Shown piece by piece: positions 9,068 through 17,076 of a DNA stretch of 64,000 bases (position 1 is the first letter of the stretch; each line of letters opens with the position of its first letter). The stretch is from an uncultured Alphaproteobacteria bacterium (lineage in GTDB: Bacteria > Pseudomonadota > Alphaproteobacteria > Rhizobiales > Beijerinckiaceae): NCBI GenBank assembly GCA_963765375.1, contig CAVXVZ010000011.1:272956-336955 (forward strand), read 5' to 3'. The position numbers and the translations under genes were made by a program. Under the pieces are notes generated by a model. The model was not told where the DNA came from and made no database searches. It saw nothing but the letters and a program-made list of their open reading frames with translations.

Positions 9068-10111
9068 TCAGATTCCCTCGAGCAGGACGTCGATGTCGAA
9101 CGTCGAGCGCTTGCCGAGATCCATGGCGTGAGCATCGAGGAACGTCTGCGCCGCCTTTCTCCCCTCCTCGCGCAGAAGCGAGAAGAACGGCCATTCCGCA
9201 TTGAGCTTCGAGGATGCGCCAAGTTCGTTCAAGATGGTGTTCGTCACACAGTGGACGCGCATTTGAGCCCATAGCGCGCCCTCGCCGTCGCCGGGATCGG
9301 CAACCCTGCGCAAGAGCGCCATCATCCTGAGCTCCTTGAGGGCGACGGCGTTGAAGGACACCTCATTGAGACGGTTCAAAATCTCGCTGGCGCTGCGCGG
9401 AACCCCCGGACGCTCGATCGGGTTGATCGGGACCAGAATGGTGTCGTGCGATTTGCACTCCCGCACCAGCGTGGTCAGCGTTGGATTGCCGGAATAGCCG
9501 CCATCCCAGTAGGCCTCGCCGTCGATCTCGATCGCCTGAAACATCGTCGGCAGGCAGGCCGAAGCGAGCAGGACGTCGGGGGTCACGGCCGCGTTCTTGA
9601 ACACTTTTCCTCTGCCCGTGCGAACGTTGGTGGCGGTGATGAACAGGTAAATCGGCGACTGCGCGAGCAGCTCAAAATCGATTAGCTCGGCAAGAATCTC
9701 GCGCAGCGGATTCTTGCCCATCGGATTCAAGTCGTAAGGCGACACCAAGCGCGACATGAGATCCATCGCGACGTAAACGGGCGAAGAATCCAGCGTCCAG
9801 CGACCGAGGATGACGTCGAGCGGCCCGCGCCGAAGCGGGCTGAAGCGGGCGGCGTCCGAGACGCGCCGCCAGAACGTTTCGAGCGCCTCACGCGCGCCCG
9901 ACCTCCCGCCCTTCTGATGGCCGTGGACCAAGACCGCCGCGTTCATCGCGCCCGCGGATGTCCCGGAGATGCCGTCGATCTCGAGCCAGGGCTCTTCCAG
10001 AAGGCGATCGAGCACGCCCCACGTGAACGCGCCATGCGACCCGCCGCCCTGCAACGCCAGGTCGACGAGGACGGGCTTGCGCGCGATCGGCTTTATTCTT
10101 TCAGTCGGCAT
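9068..10111 (-). CDS. Patatin-like phospholipase family protein
   Basis: 347-aa ORF with oxyanion motif LALQGGGSHGAFTWGVL and nucleophile elbow GTSAGAMNA (GxSxG). A later WDGG segment is consistent with the Asp of the Ser-Asp dyad. Confidence 0.88.
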   Translation of the reverse strand: MPTERIKPIARKPVLVDLALQGGGSHGAFTWGVLDRLLEEPWLEIDGISGTSAGAMNAAVLVHGHQKGGRSGAREALETFWRRVSDAARFSPLRRGPLDVILGRWTLDSSPVYVAMDLMSRLVSPYDLNPMGKNPLREILAELIDFELLAQSPIYLFITATNVRTGRGKVFKNAAVTPDVLLASACLPTMFQAIEIDGEAYWDGGYSGNPTLTTLVRECKSHDTILVPINPIERPGVPRSASEILNRLNEVSFNAVALKELRMMALLRRVADPGDGEGALWAQMRVHCVTNTILNELGASSKLNAEWPFFSLLREEGRKAAQTFLDAHAMDLGKRSTFDIDVLLEGI

Positions 10112-10572
10112 CTATCCACCTCGATCGGCTGTCGGGACGGGCTTATCGCCGGGTCTTGTGACCCCTGCGCTCCGGGCGAAGCTGGAAGCACCGCGCGACT
10201 GTCCAATCGCAGCCCGCGCGGGCTCGGGTCAAGGGACGGGTCCCGGCCGTGAACCCGCATCGGCGAGGACGGCGGGAAGCTCATCGAAGAATTTTCCGGA
10301 ATACCCATTGCGTTTCGGCGTCGCCGCTGGCCTCCTTCGGAGGCAGCCGGCTGAAGGCGCCCGTTTGGAAGTGATCCGAGTGTCCAAAGCGGGGCCTGGA
10401 ATCGCGCGGTATGAACTGACGGGGCCTTAGTTGGGCGGCCACCCGCATTTGGCTGCGAGCTAGCCGTTGATTTTATCGACGCCCGGACTTTCGACGCGCC
10501 AATTCGGGCGCCGGCGCGTTATAGAGCATAGTCTCGGAGCCGTTTCGGGCTCCAAAGCAAATTGGATTGAGG

Positions 10573-11175
10573 ATGACCGACCCTACGGACTTTCCAGAGC
10601 CGGAACCGGAGCTTGAGCCTCATCCGGACAAATTCTTTTCAACGAGCACGGTCCTGCGGAACCTGCCTTTTGTGGCGGCTCTGGCTCTGGCCATATTCGG
10701 CGTGGCCTACAGCAATTTCTCCGGCCACCCGATCAACGGCTATTGGGAATTCCTGGCGATCGCGATTGGGATCGTCTGCGTCGTCACCGCATGGCCGAAC
10801 GCGCCCGATCGACGAACGCGCTTTACGCTGCTTTGGACGCAAGCCGCGCACTGGGTCGCGATCCTGGTGGCGATGAACCTCGTGCTCCTGCAGGGCTTTC
10901 AACAATTGATGCCGGTGCAGGCCGTCGGTCTGGTGTTGATGTTGCTGCTCGGGGTTGGGACCTTTCTTGCTGGCATCAATCTGATGTCGCTCAGAAATCT
11001 GTTTCCTTGGCCTCGCCATGGCGCTGTCAATCCCAGCCATGACTTGGCTGAAACAGGCCTCGCTTCTGCTGGTTCTGGCCGGCGTGGCGATTGCCGAACT
11101 CGCGGTCGCGTTCTGGCCGCGCGGAAGTCGGACTTCGGCATGACCGCCAGGAGCCGGAGCGAGCCGGAGCAATAG
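10573..11175 (+). CDS. Hypothetical polytopic membrane protein; the 3' end is possibly frameshifted
   Basis: ATG at 10573 (the track starts at TTG 10567). An acidic N-terminus (DFPEPEPELEPHPD) is followed by at least 4 hydrophobic helices. After about 11005 the listed frame turns hydrophilic and Arg-rich. The +1 frame instead reads GLAMALSIPAMTWLKQASLLLVLAGVAIAELAVAFWPRGSRTSA* with a stop at 11141-11143. Confidence 0.55.
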   Translation: MTDPTDFPEPEPELEPHPDKFFSTSTVLRNLPFVAALALAIFGVAYSNFSGHPINGYWEFLAIAIGIVCVVTAWPNAPDRRTRFTLLWTQAAHWVAILVAMNLVLLQGFQQLMPVQAVGLVLMLLLGVGTFLAGINLMSLRNLFPWPRHGAVNPSHDLAETGLASAGSGRRGDCRTRGRVLAARKSDFGMTARSRSEPEQ

Positions 11176-11220
11176 GAGGTCCGGCCAACGTCCGCAACTC
11201 CTTCCGAGGAGGAGGTTCTC

Positions 11221-11730
11221 ATGGTGGAGTTCCCTGTCAATCCGTCGCGGCTAGACCCCTACAAGAGCTTCAAATTTCGCCTCAAATGGGACGGCAAATA
11301 CGTCGCGGGCGTTTCGAAGGTCGGCGCGCTCAAGCGGACCACCGAGGTGATTGAATTTCGCGACGGCGGCGACGCTTCGGCGTCACGCAAATCGCCGGGC
11401 CGCACGGAGTACGAGCCGATCACGGTCGAGCGTGGCCTGACCCAGGACCACGCGTTCGAAGACTGGGCAAACATGGTCTGGCGCCTTGGCGCGGCGCTCG
11501 GAAGCGAGGTTGCGCTCGCCGACTTTCGTAAGGACGTGTACCTGGAGTTCTATAACGAAGCGGGGCAACTGGCGCTGGCCTACCGGATCTATCGCTGCTG
11601 GCCGTCCCTCTACCAGGCATTGCCGCCGCTCGACGCCAATAGCGCAGACGTCGCCATCGAACAGATCGTGCTCGAGAACGAGGGCTGGGAGCGCGACACA
11701 GCCGTGGTTGAACCCGTCGAGTCGAGTTAG
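11221..11730 (+). CDS. Phage tail-tube-like protein (T4 gp19 / 'conserved hypothetical phage tail region protein' TIGR02241-like), orphan copy
   Basis: 169-aa ORF with a strong SD (GAGGAGGAGG) about 6 nt upstream of the ATG. The N-terminus DPYKSFKFRLKWDGKYVAGVSKVGALKRTTEVIEFRDGGDASASRKSPGRTEYEPITVERGLTQDHAFEDWANMVW matches the family signature I recall for eCIS/Afp/PVC tube proteins. Confidence 0.8.
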   Translation: MVEFPVNPSRLDPYKSFKFRLKWDGKYVAGVSKVGALKRTTEVIEFRDGGDASASRKSPGRTEYEPITVERGLTQDHAFEDWANMVWRLGAALGSEVALADFRKDVYLEFYNEAGQLALAYRIYRCWPSLYQALPPLDANSADVAIEQIVLENEGWERDTAVVEPVESS

Positions 11731-11940
11731 GCCGACATGGCGACAAGAATCCAGAAATCTGACGAGAACAGTTTGCATGTTCCTTTGCTTGCGATAATCA
11801 GAAATCCGTGCTATGGATGTAAGGACGGTCGCCGAGCGGAGACCGGGTTTCGCGCAGCGCCGCAGGAAGACAAGCATCAGGAGAGGAGGTCCCGATAGGC
11901 CGCTGAAAAAGCAAGGTTATATCGAATGGCAATTTGCGGC

Positions 11941-12047
11941 TACTGATTTTGATTTTGTTGCGCCGGCCTTTGATTTTGTTGCGGCTCGGCTTTGTTTTTG
12001 TTGCGCTGGGCTTTGAATTTGTTGCGGCCGGCTTTGCTTTTGTTGTG
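11941..12047 (-). repeat. Tandem array, copy A: 5 units of 21-22 bp. Plus-strand unit is nnnGGCTTTGnTTTTGTTGCG; the minus strand reads CGCAACAAAAnCAAAGCC.
   Basis: Units read directly: 11941-11962, 11963-11983, 11984-12005, 12006-12026 and 12027-12047, each ending GTTGCG (the last ends GTTGTG). The array starts 18 nt downstream of the stop (12066) of the last mrp gene, in that operon's sense orientation. Confidence 0.85.
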
Positions 12048-12065
12048 GCGAATCTCGCGGGCAAG

Positions 12066-13715
12066 TCAGCGGCCGGCGAACCCCGCCGCGGCGAGGGCGA
12101 GCGCGACCGCCAGCAGCGCCATACCCGCCGCCGGCCATTGCCTGAGCCGCCAGTCCAGGCGCTCGATCAGGAGCCCGAGAGGCGCGCAGGCGCGGAAGGC
12201 GGCCTCCTCGGCAACGACAATATCGCCCGCGGGAATGCGCGGGAGAGGGTCGCCCAAGGCCCACAAGCCGGCGGCGAGCGCGGCGCCGACAAGCATCGGC
12301 CAGGTCGCGTCCCATAGCGTTCCCGCCGCCAGCGCGTCGGCGAGATCGCCGCCGACGGCGGGAAACATCAGCCAGGGAACCAGCATCGAGGCGACGGCGA
12401 GGGCGAGCCACGACCAGAGGCGCTCGGGCGACGCCCCGCGCTCGTCGCTCGGCGATCGAGCAAGCCGCATGACGAAATGCAGCATCAGCGCCGTGGTCGC
12501 GGCCGCCGAGGCCGCGGCCGCCCATTTGGCCGGGCCGTCGCCGAACGGATCCTTGACCGCAAGCTTGGCGAGCGCCCCGCCGGTCAGGGGCATTCCGCCG
12601 AGGCTGAGCGCTAGCAGCCCCCCAACGATCAGCGCCAACATTCGGCCACGCCCGCTATGTGCGGCGACGACCCCCACCGTCAGAAACAGGGCGGCTTTAA
12701 CGAAAACGTGGTTCACCGCGTAGAAGGCGGCGTCCGCGGCTGCGCCTTGATCTGCGGCGGCAATACCGATGCCCAGCGCGGCGGCGATCACGCCCATCTG
12801 GCTTAGGCTCGAATAGGCGAGGACGGTCTTGGGATTCTGCTGGGTCAGGCCGATCGCGACGCCGTAGAAGGCGGAGACGAACCCGGCCCACGCAAGCGCC
12901 TCGCCGATGCTCGGCGAGGCCGCGCCGGCGGGCAGAAAGCGGATGAGGCCGATAATTCCCGCCTTGACTGCGGCGCCGCTCAGGACCGCCGCAGCGGGAA
13001 TTGGCGCCGCGGTATAGGCGAGCGGCATCCAGCTGTGCATCGGCACAAGCCCGATCTTCATCCCGAAGCCGGCGATGAGGAGCATGAGCGCCGCCTCGCG
13101 CCAGGGCGAGGCCGGCAATGCGGCAACGACGGCGCGGAGATCGAGGCTGCCGCCCGGCTCGGCCGCCGCGAGCATGACGAAGGCGATCAACAGGACCGCT
13201 TCGCCGATGAGCGCGAACGCCATGTAGACGCCGGCGGCTCGGCTCGACCCGGCATCCTCGTCATTGGCGATCAGGTAATAAGCGGGCACGCTGACCAGCG
13301 CGTAGACAAGATAAAACGTCAGGAGATCGGCGGCGATGAAGACGCCGAGACTGCCCGCCATGGTGAGCAGCCATGAGACCGCGAAGCGGTCGGCGTTCGG
13401 CCTGCCCGCCCTGTCCGCCCGGGCGAAGACGCTGCAGATGAGCCAGACCAGCGCCGCAGCGGCGAGCAGCATCCCTCCCGGCCGATCGAGCCAGAGGCTC
13501 GCGCGCAGCACGGGCAAGTCCGCCCCAAACGGCGTGCCCCAGATCGCCAGGACCGCCGCAGGGATCGCGGGCAGCGGGGCAAGCGGCGTCATCGCCCACG
13601 CGAAAGCGCGTAGCGACGGCGACAACGAGGCCGCGAGGATCACGAGCGGGGCGGCCAATGCAGCGACCAGGAGGCCAGGCCCGAATTCCTGCGCGGCTCC
13701 CGCGAGCGAGCTCAT
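12066..13715 (-). CDS. mrpD: Mrp/Mnh antiporter subunit D-like, second copy (NuoL/M/N proton-pumping family)
   Basis: The track ORF 12066..15035 is over-extended. The real start is the ATG at 13715 (MSSLAGAAQEF...), which overlaps the upstream stop as ATGA. Family motifs are present: FYLVYALVSVPAYYLI, GFGMKIGLVPMHSWMPLAYTAAP, LAYSSLSQMGV. Confidence 0.85.
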   Translation of the reverse strand: MSSLAGAAQEFGPGLLVAALAAPLVILAASLSPSLRAFAWAMTPLAPLPAIPAAVLAIWGTPFGADLPVLRASLWLDRPGGMLLAAAALVWLICSVFARADRAGRPNADRFAVSWLLTMAGSLGVFIAADLLTFYLVYALVSVPAYYLIANDEDAGSSRAAGVYMAFALIGEAVLLIAFVMLAAAEPGGSLDLRAVVAALPASPWREAALMLLIAGFGMKIGLVPMHSWMPLAYTAAPIPAAAVLSGAAVKAGIIGLIRFLPAGAASPSIGEALAWAGFVSAFYGVAIGLTQQNPKTVLAYSSLSQMGVIAAALGIGIAAADQGAAADAAFYAVNHVFVKAALFLTVGVVAAHSGRGRMLALIVGGLLALSLGGMPLTGGALAKLAVKDPFGDGPAKWAAAASAAATTALMLHFVMRLARSPSDERGASPERLWSWLALAVASMLVPWLMFPAVGGDLADALAAGTLWDATWPMLVGAALAAGLWALGDPLPRIPAGDIVVAEEAAFRACAPLGLLIERLDWRLRQWPAAGMALLAVALALAAAGFAGR

Positions 13716-15217
13716 CGGAGCGCAACCCCTGCAGCCGGACTGCCGATCTGCAAAAAGGCGAAGAATGACGACGGCGCAAAGGCGAGCAGCACGGCGGCGA
13801 GCGCCAGCGCAAGGCAGACGTATTCCCGCGATCGGCGAGGCGCCGTTTTCAATTGCACCGGCTCGTCCGAGAGCGCCGGCTTTAGCACGCGGTAGAGATA
13901 CCCGCCGGCGAGCAGTCCGCCGGCCAGCATCACCACAGCCCACACCCATTGGCCGGCCTCGATCGAGGCCTTCATCAGGAGCCACTTGGCGGCAAAGCCG
14001 CCGCTCGGCGGCAGCCCCATGAGCGAGAGCCCGCCGAGACCGAGCGCCAGGAACGTCGTCGGCATCGCCCGGGCGGCGCCGCCGAGACCGGCGATCCGGT
14101 CGTGGCCCAGGGATTCGGCGATGAGGCCGGCAGAGAGGAACATCGCCGCCTTGGCGAAAGCGTGCGACAGCGCCTGCATGACGCCGCCGCTGAACGCGTC
14201 CCCCGCCCAAGGCCCGGAGGCGAGCGGAAACATCAGGAAGAGATAGCCGATCTGCGCGACCGTCGAATAAGCGATCAAAAGTTTCAGCCGCTCCTGGCGC
14301 AGGGCGAGCACGCTGCCGCTGAGGATCGCCGCCGAACCGAGCGTGGCGAGAATGGCCCCGGGAACCGCATTGGGGAGCGCCGGCAGGACATTGAACCAGA
14401 GCCGCACGACGAGAAAGAACGACCCTTTGACCACCAGCCCCGAAAGCACGGCGCTCGCGGCGGCAGGCGCGTTGGCGTGCGCCGGCGGCAGCCAAAGATG
14501 GAGCGGGAAGAGCGCCGTCTTCGCCAGGAGCCCTGCGGTCATCAGCCCTGCCGCAAGCCATACGGCCGGTTCGGCCCGGATCTGGCGAGACAGGAGGACG
14601 ATGTCGAGGGTGCCGTAAGCCCCGTAGACCAGCGCGACTCCGAGCAGATAGAACAGTGCGCCGAACAGCGCGAACATGAGATAGCGCAGCGCCGCGGCCA
14701 GTGTTTCCGGACGGCCGTCGAGAGAAACCAATGGCACCGCGGCGAAGGTGAGAAGCTCGAGCGCGACATAGAGATTGAACAGATCGCCGCCGAGAAAGAT
14801 GAGGCTCAAGGCCGCCTGGATCGCCTGCAGCAGAGTCCAGAAGACCAGCGGCGCTCGCCTCTCCGTCCCTTCGTTCGGCGGCGCGAAATTGACCCGGGCG
14901 TACAGCCCGGCGGCTGGCATGGTCAGCGAAGCGGCCATCAGCATGACCGCCGAAAATCCATCGGCCCTGAGCGCGATGCCAAGCGGCGGCGCATACCCGC
15001 CGAGGACATAGACGAGCGGTTCGCCGGACCGCCAAATGAGACTGGCGATCGCAACGGCGACGCCGAATTGCACCGGCATGAGACCCAACGCGATCCGTTC
15101 AGCCTGCCGGCCGCCGAGCAGAAAGGACAGCAGAACGCCGGCAGCCGGAACGAGGATCGGCAGCGGCAGCAGACCTCCGCCCGCCGTCGCCGCGATGACG
15201 GAGGCGCCCTCTGTCAT
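13712..15217 (-). CDS. mrpD: Mrp/Mnh antiporter subunit D (NuoN/NuoM-like)
   Basis: 501-aa ORF with FNLYVALELLTFAAVPLV, LAKTALFPLHLWLPPAHANAPAAASAVLSGLVVK and LIAYSTVAQIGYL. It has 4-nt overlaps with both neighbours. Confidence 0.9.
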   Translation of the reverse strand: MTEGASVIAATAGGGLLPLPILVPAAGVLLSFLLGGRQAERIALGLMPVQFGVAVAIASLIWRSGEPLVYVLGGYAPPLGIALRADGFSAVMLMAASLTMPAAGLYARVNFAPPNEGTERRAPLVFWTLLQAIQAALSLIFLGGDLFNLYVALELLTFAAVPLVSLDGRPETLAAALRYLMFALFGALFYLLGVALVYGAYGTLDIVLLSRQIRAEPAVWLAAGLMTAGLLAKTALFPLHLWLPPAHANAPAAASAVLSGLVVKGSFFLVVRLWFNVLPALPNAVPGAILATLGSAAILSGSVLALRQERLKLLIAYSTVAQIGYLFLMFPLASGPWAGDAFSGGVMQALSHAFAKAAMFLSAGLIAESLGHDRIAGLGGAARAMPTTFLALGLGGLSLMGLPPSGGFAAKWLLMKASIEAGQWVWAVVMLAGGLLAGGYLYRVLKPALSDEPVQLKTAPRRSREYVCLALALAAVLLAFAPSSFFAFLQIGSPAAGVALR

Positions 15218-15558
15218 TCCGCGTCGGCTCCCTCGCCGGGAGGTCTGACCGCAGCGTCGGGAGGCAGCGTCGCGCGGCCAGTTTCCTCAAACAGGCGCAG
15301 CGTCAGGGCGACGGCGATCGCGCTGGCCGCGAAGGCGACGACGATGCCGGTGATGACCATCGCCTGCGGAACCGGATCGGCGCTGAGTCCAGCCGCTGCG
15401 CCTTTCCGGGCGACGATGCCGAAGACGAGGAAAACGCCGCTGCCGATCAGGTTGAACGCCAGAATCTTGCGCAGGAGCTGCGGATCGGCGATCACGCCAT
15501 AGAGGCCAAGGCCGACAAGCGCCGCCCCAACCAGCCCCGCCAGGGTTGCCGAGGTCAT
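15214..15558 (-). CDS. mrpC: Mrp/Mnh antiporter subunit C (NuoK-like)
   Basis: Real start is MTSATLAGLVGAALVGLGLYGV... inside track ORF 15214..16008, giving 114 aa. It has three TM helices and ILAFNLIGSGVFLVF, and an ATGA overlap with the upstream gene end at 15555. Confidence 0.85.
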   Translation of the reverse strand: MTSATLAGLVGAALVGLGLYGVIADPQLLRKILAFNLIGSGVFLVFGIVARKGAAAGLSADPVPQAMVITGIVVAFAASAIAVALTLRLFEETGRATLPPDAAVRPPGEGADAE

Positions 15559-16502
15559 CCCCGGGGCTCGCGGCGAGGCGGACCCGCCACCAGCATGGCG
15601 AGGGTGACGGCGATGGTGAACGTCATGAACGTCTCGATGAACAGGATCAGCGGCTTGGCCAGTCCAGGCGGATAGGCGAAGTATCCTCCCGCGACAACGG
15701 CGCCGGCGACGCCGACGGCAAGAAAGACAAAGGGGCCCGCGACGAGCGCGACCCGCAGCCAAAAGGCGTTGGACTGCGGCGCTTCGGTCAAGCGCGCCAT
15801 CATGATGATCATCCACATCGCGGCCAGAATGGCCCCGCCCTGAAACGCGCCGCCCGGTTCGTCGGCGCCCACCCAGAAGATGTGGACGCCAACGAGAATG
15901 CCAATCGGGGCCAATACCTGGGCGAAGAACGCCAGCGTCGGCTCGGGCCGCCCGGCGCGGGCCTCGCCTGGAGCGCCGCCCCAACACCGGTCGGCGGCAA
16001 GCGACCATACGCCGACCACGGCTAGAACCAGCACAACTTTCTCGAGCATGGTGTCAAACGAGCGGTAGGCGATCAGGACGGCGGTGACCGGGTTGCCAAG
16101 ACCGGTCTCGGGCAGGCGCTCCATCGATTGCGGAGCCAGCGTCGGACCCTGATCGGGCAACAGAAGCACGACGCCGGCCAGCGCCGCGGCGACAAGCAGG
16201 CAAAGACCGGCCGCGAACAGGCGGGTCAGTCCGGTCGGGGTTTCCCGGGCGGCGGTTGTCTCGGCTCGCCGCAAGCGCCCAGCGGCGCCGATGAGCAGGA
16301 CGCCCGTCACGCCGCTGCCGATCGCGGCCTCCGTCAGCGCCACATCGACCGCGAACAGGCGAATCCAGACCAGCGAAAGCAGCAGCCCGTAGACGACATA
16401 GCCGACCGTCGCCGCGAACGCTCCGGGCGCGAAAACGGTCCAGGCGGCGACCGCAAAAACCAGGAAGGCGAGGCCGACGTCGAGCGCCTGCAGAACGCTC
16501 AT
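15555..16502 (-). CDS. mrpB: MrpB-type subunit with an N-terminal MrpA-C-terminal/MbhD-like (DUF4040-type) extension
   Basis: 315-aa ORF. The N-terminal half (LDVGLAFLVFAVAAWTVF...VDVALTEAAIGSGVTGVL) resembles DUF4040/MbhD. The C-terminal half (NPVTAVLIAYRSFDTMLEKVVLVLAVVGV...) is the MnhB signature. Confidence 0.8.
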   Translation of the reverse strand: MSVLQALDVGLAFLVFAVAAWTVFAPGAFAATVGYVVYGLLLSLVWIRLFAVDVALTEAAIGSGVTGVLLIGAAGRLRRAETTAARETPTGLTRLFAAGLCLLVAAALAGVVLLLPDQGPTLAPQSMERLPETGLGNPVTAVLIAYRSFDTMLEKVVLVLAVVGVWSLAADRCWGGAPGEARAGRPEPTLAFFAQVLAPIGILVGVHIFWVGADEPGGAFQGGAILAAMWMIIMMARLTEAPQSNAFWLRVALVAGPFVFLAVGVAGAVVAGGYFAYPPGLAKPLILFIETFMTFTIAVTLAMLVAGPPRREPRG

Positions 16503-16792
16503 GCCGCTGGCCCCTTGCGCCGCACCGCCCGTCCGATGAGCTGGGCGGCGGTCGCGCCGGCCAATTGAACGAGCGCCCAGATGGCGACGAGCATCAGCGC
16601 GGCGAGCAGGCTTTCCGCGCGGGGCAAGAGACCGAGAACGACAAGGCCAAGACCGAGATTGTCGGCCTTGGTAAGCGCATGCAGGCGGCTCAATGCGTCG
16701 GGGAAACGCAACAATCCCACCGTGCCGGCAAGAAAGAAAAACACGCCGGCGCTAATCGCGGCGATGCTGAAGAGCTCGAGAACCAAAGTCAT
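16499..16792 (-). CDS. mrpG: Mrp/Mnh antiporter subunit G
   Basis: 97 aa. The sequence AGVFFFLAGTVGLLRFPDALSRLHALTKADNLGLGL is the classic MnhG/PhaG motif. Confidence 0.9.
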   Translation of the reverse strand: MTLVLELFSIAAISAGVFFFLAGTVGLLRFPDALSRLHALTKADNLGLGLVVLGLLPRAESLLAALMLVAIWALVQLAGATAAQLIGRAVRRKGPAA

Positions 16793-17076
16793 CGGTAGTC
16801 CGGGGGATTCGGATCCGGCTCCTCGGCGGGGGCGCCGCTGTTGACGAAGGCGGCGGAGGCGAAGGCCGCTAGGATCGCAAGTCCGAGCGCGACGTCATCG
16901 ACCCCGCGTACGCCCGTCGCCGCCGCGATCAGGAGGAGCGAGGCGATTCCCCCGGTCCCTATCAGCTGCGCCGCCATCATGCGGTCGGCGTCGCCGGGGC
17001 CGCCCAAGATGCGCACGAGACCGACCGCGACGGTGAACAGGATCGCGCCCGCCGTCGCGAGGAGAAAATCACTCAC
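16789..17076 (-). CDS. mrpF: Mrp/Mnh antiporter subunit F
   Basis: 95 aa. The sequence LVRILGGPGDADRMMAAQLIGTGGIASLLL matches the MnhF/PhaF pattern (GPxxxDRxxAxDxxxT). Confidence 0.85.
   Translation of the reverse strand: MSDFLLATAGAILFTVAVGLVRILGGPGDADRMMAAQLIGTGGIASLLLIAAATGVRGVDDVALGLAILAAFASAAFVNSGAPAEEPDPNPPDYR

Noticed and set aside
7703-9274. Long ORFs antisense to well-supported genes: 7703..9274, 13949..15502, 44132..45700, 51530..53725 (731 aa), 54838..56667 (609 aa), 56535..58268 (577 aa), 843..1841, 4353..5270, 60559..61263 and many shorter ones
   Set aside because: Their composition is dominated by Arg, Gly, Asp, His and Pro, with no hydrophobic cores or motifs. Each overlaps a gene on the other strand that has clear family signatures. 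This is the typical open antisense frame of high-GC DNA.
9068-10111. Patatin-like phospholipase as a CBASS (CapV-type) or other defence effector
   Set aside because: No CD-NTase or cyclase, no E1/E2/JAB genes and no other defence gene nearby. It is coupled (3-nt gap) to a GntP metabolite permease, which points to metabolism.
11928-12050. The repeat array as a CRISPR array or as a small hydrophobic repeat peptide (GFxFVA heptads: LGFVFVALGFEFVAAGFAFVVA; copy B gives FGFDFVAMDLVFVAPGFEFVAAG)
   Set aside because: The units are contiguous with no spacers, only 21-23 bp long and non-palindromic, so this is not a CRISPR. All frames on both strands are open across this AT-rich low-complexity DNA. 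No SD or start is conserved between the two copies, and unit-length variation (21, 22 and 23 bp) would break any frame. I therefore treat it as non-coding, though a peptide cannot be fully excluded.
12066-15035. 989-aa ORF as one giant protein
   Set aside because: Its N-terminal roughly 440 aa are an Arg/Gly/Pro-rich out-of-frame read across the mrpD gene at 13712..15217. A proper start (ATG at 13715, ATGA overlap) gives a normal 549-aa MrpD-like protein.
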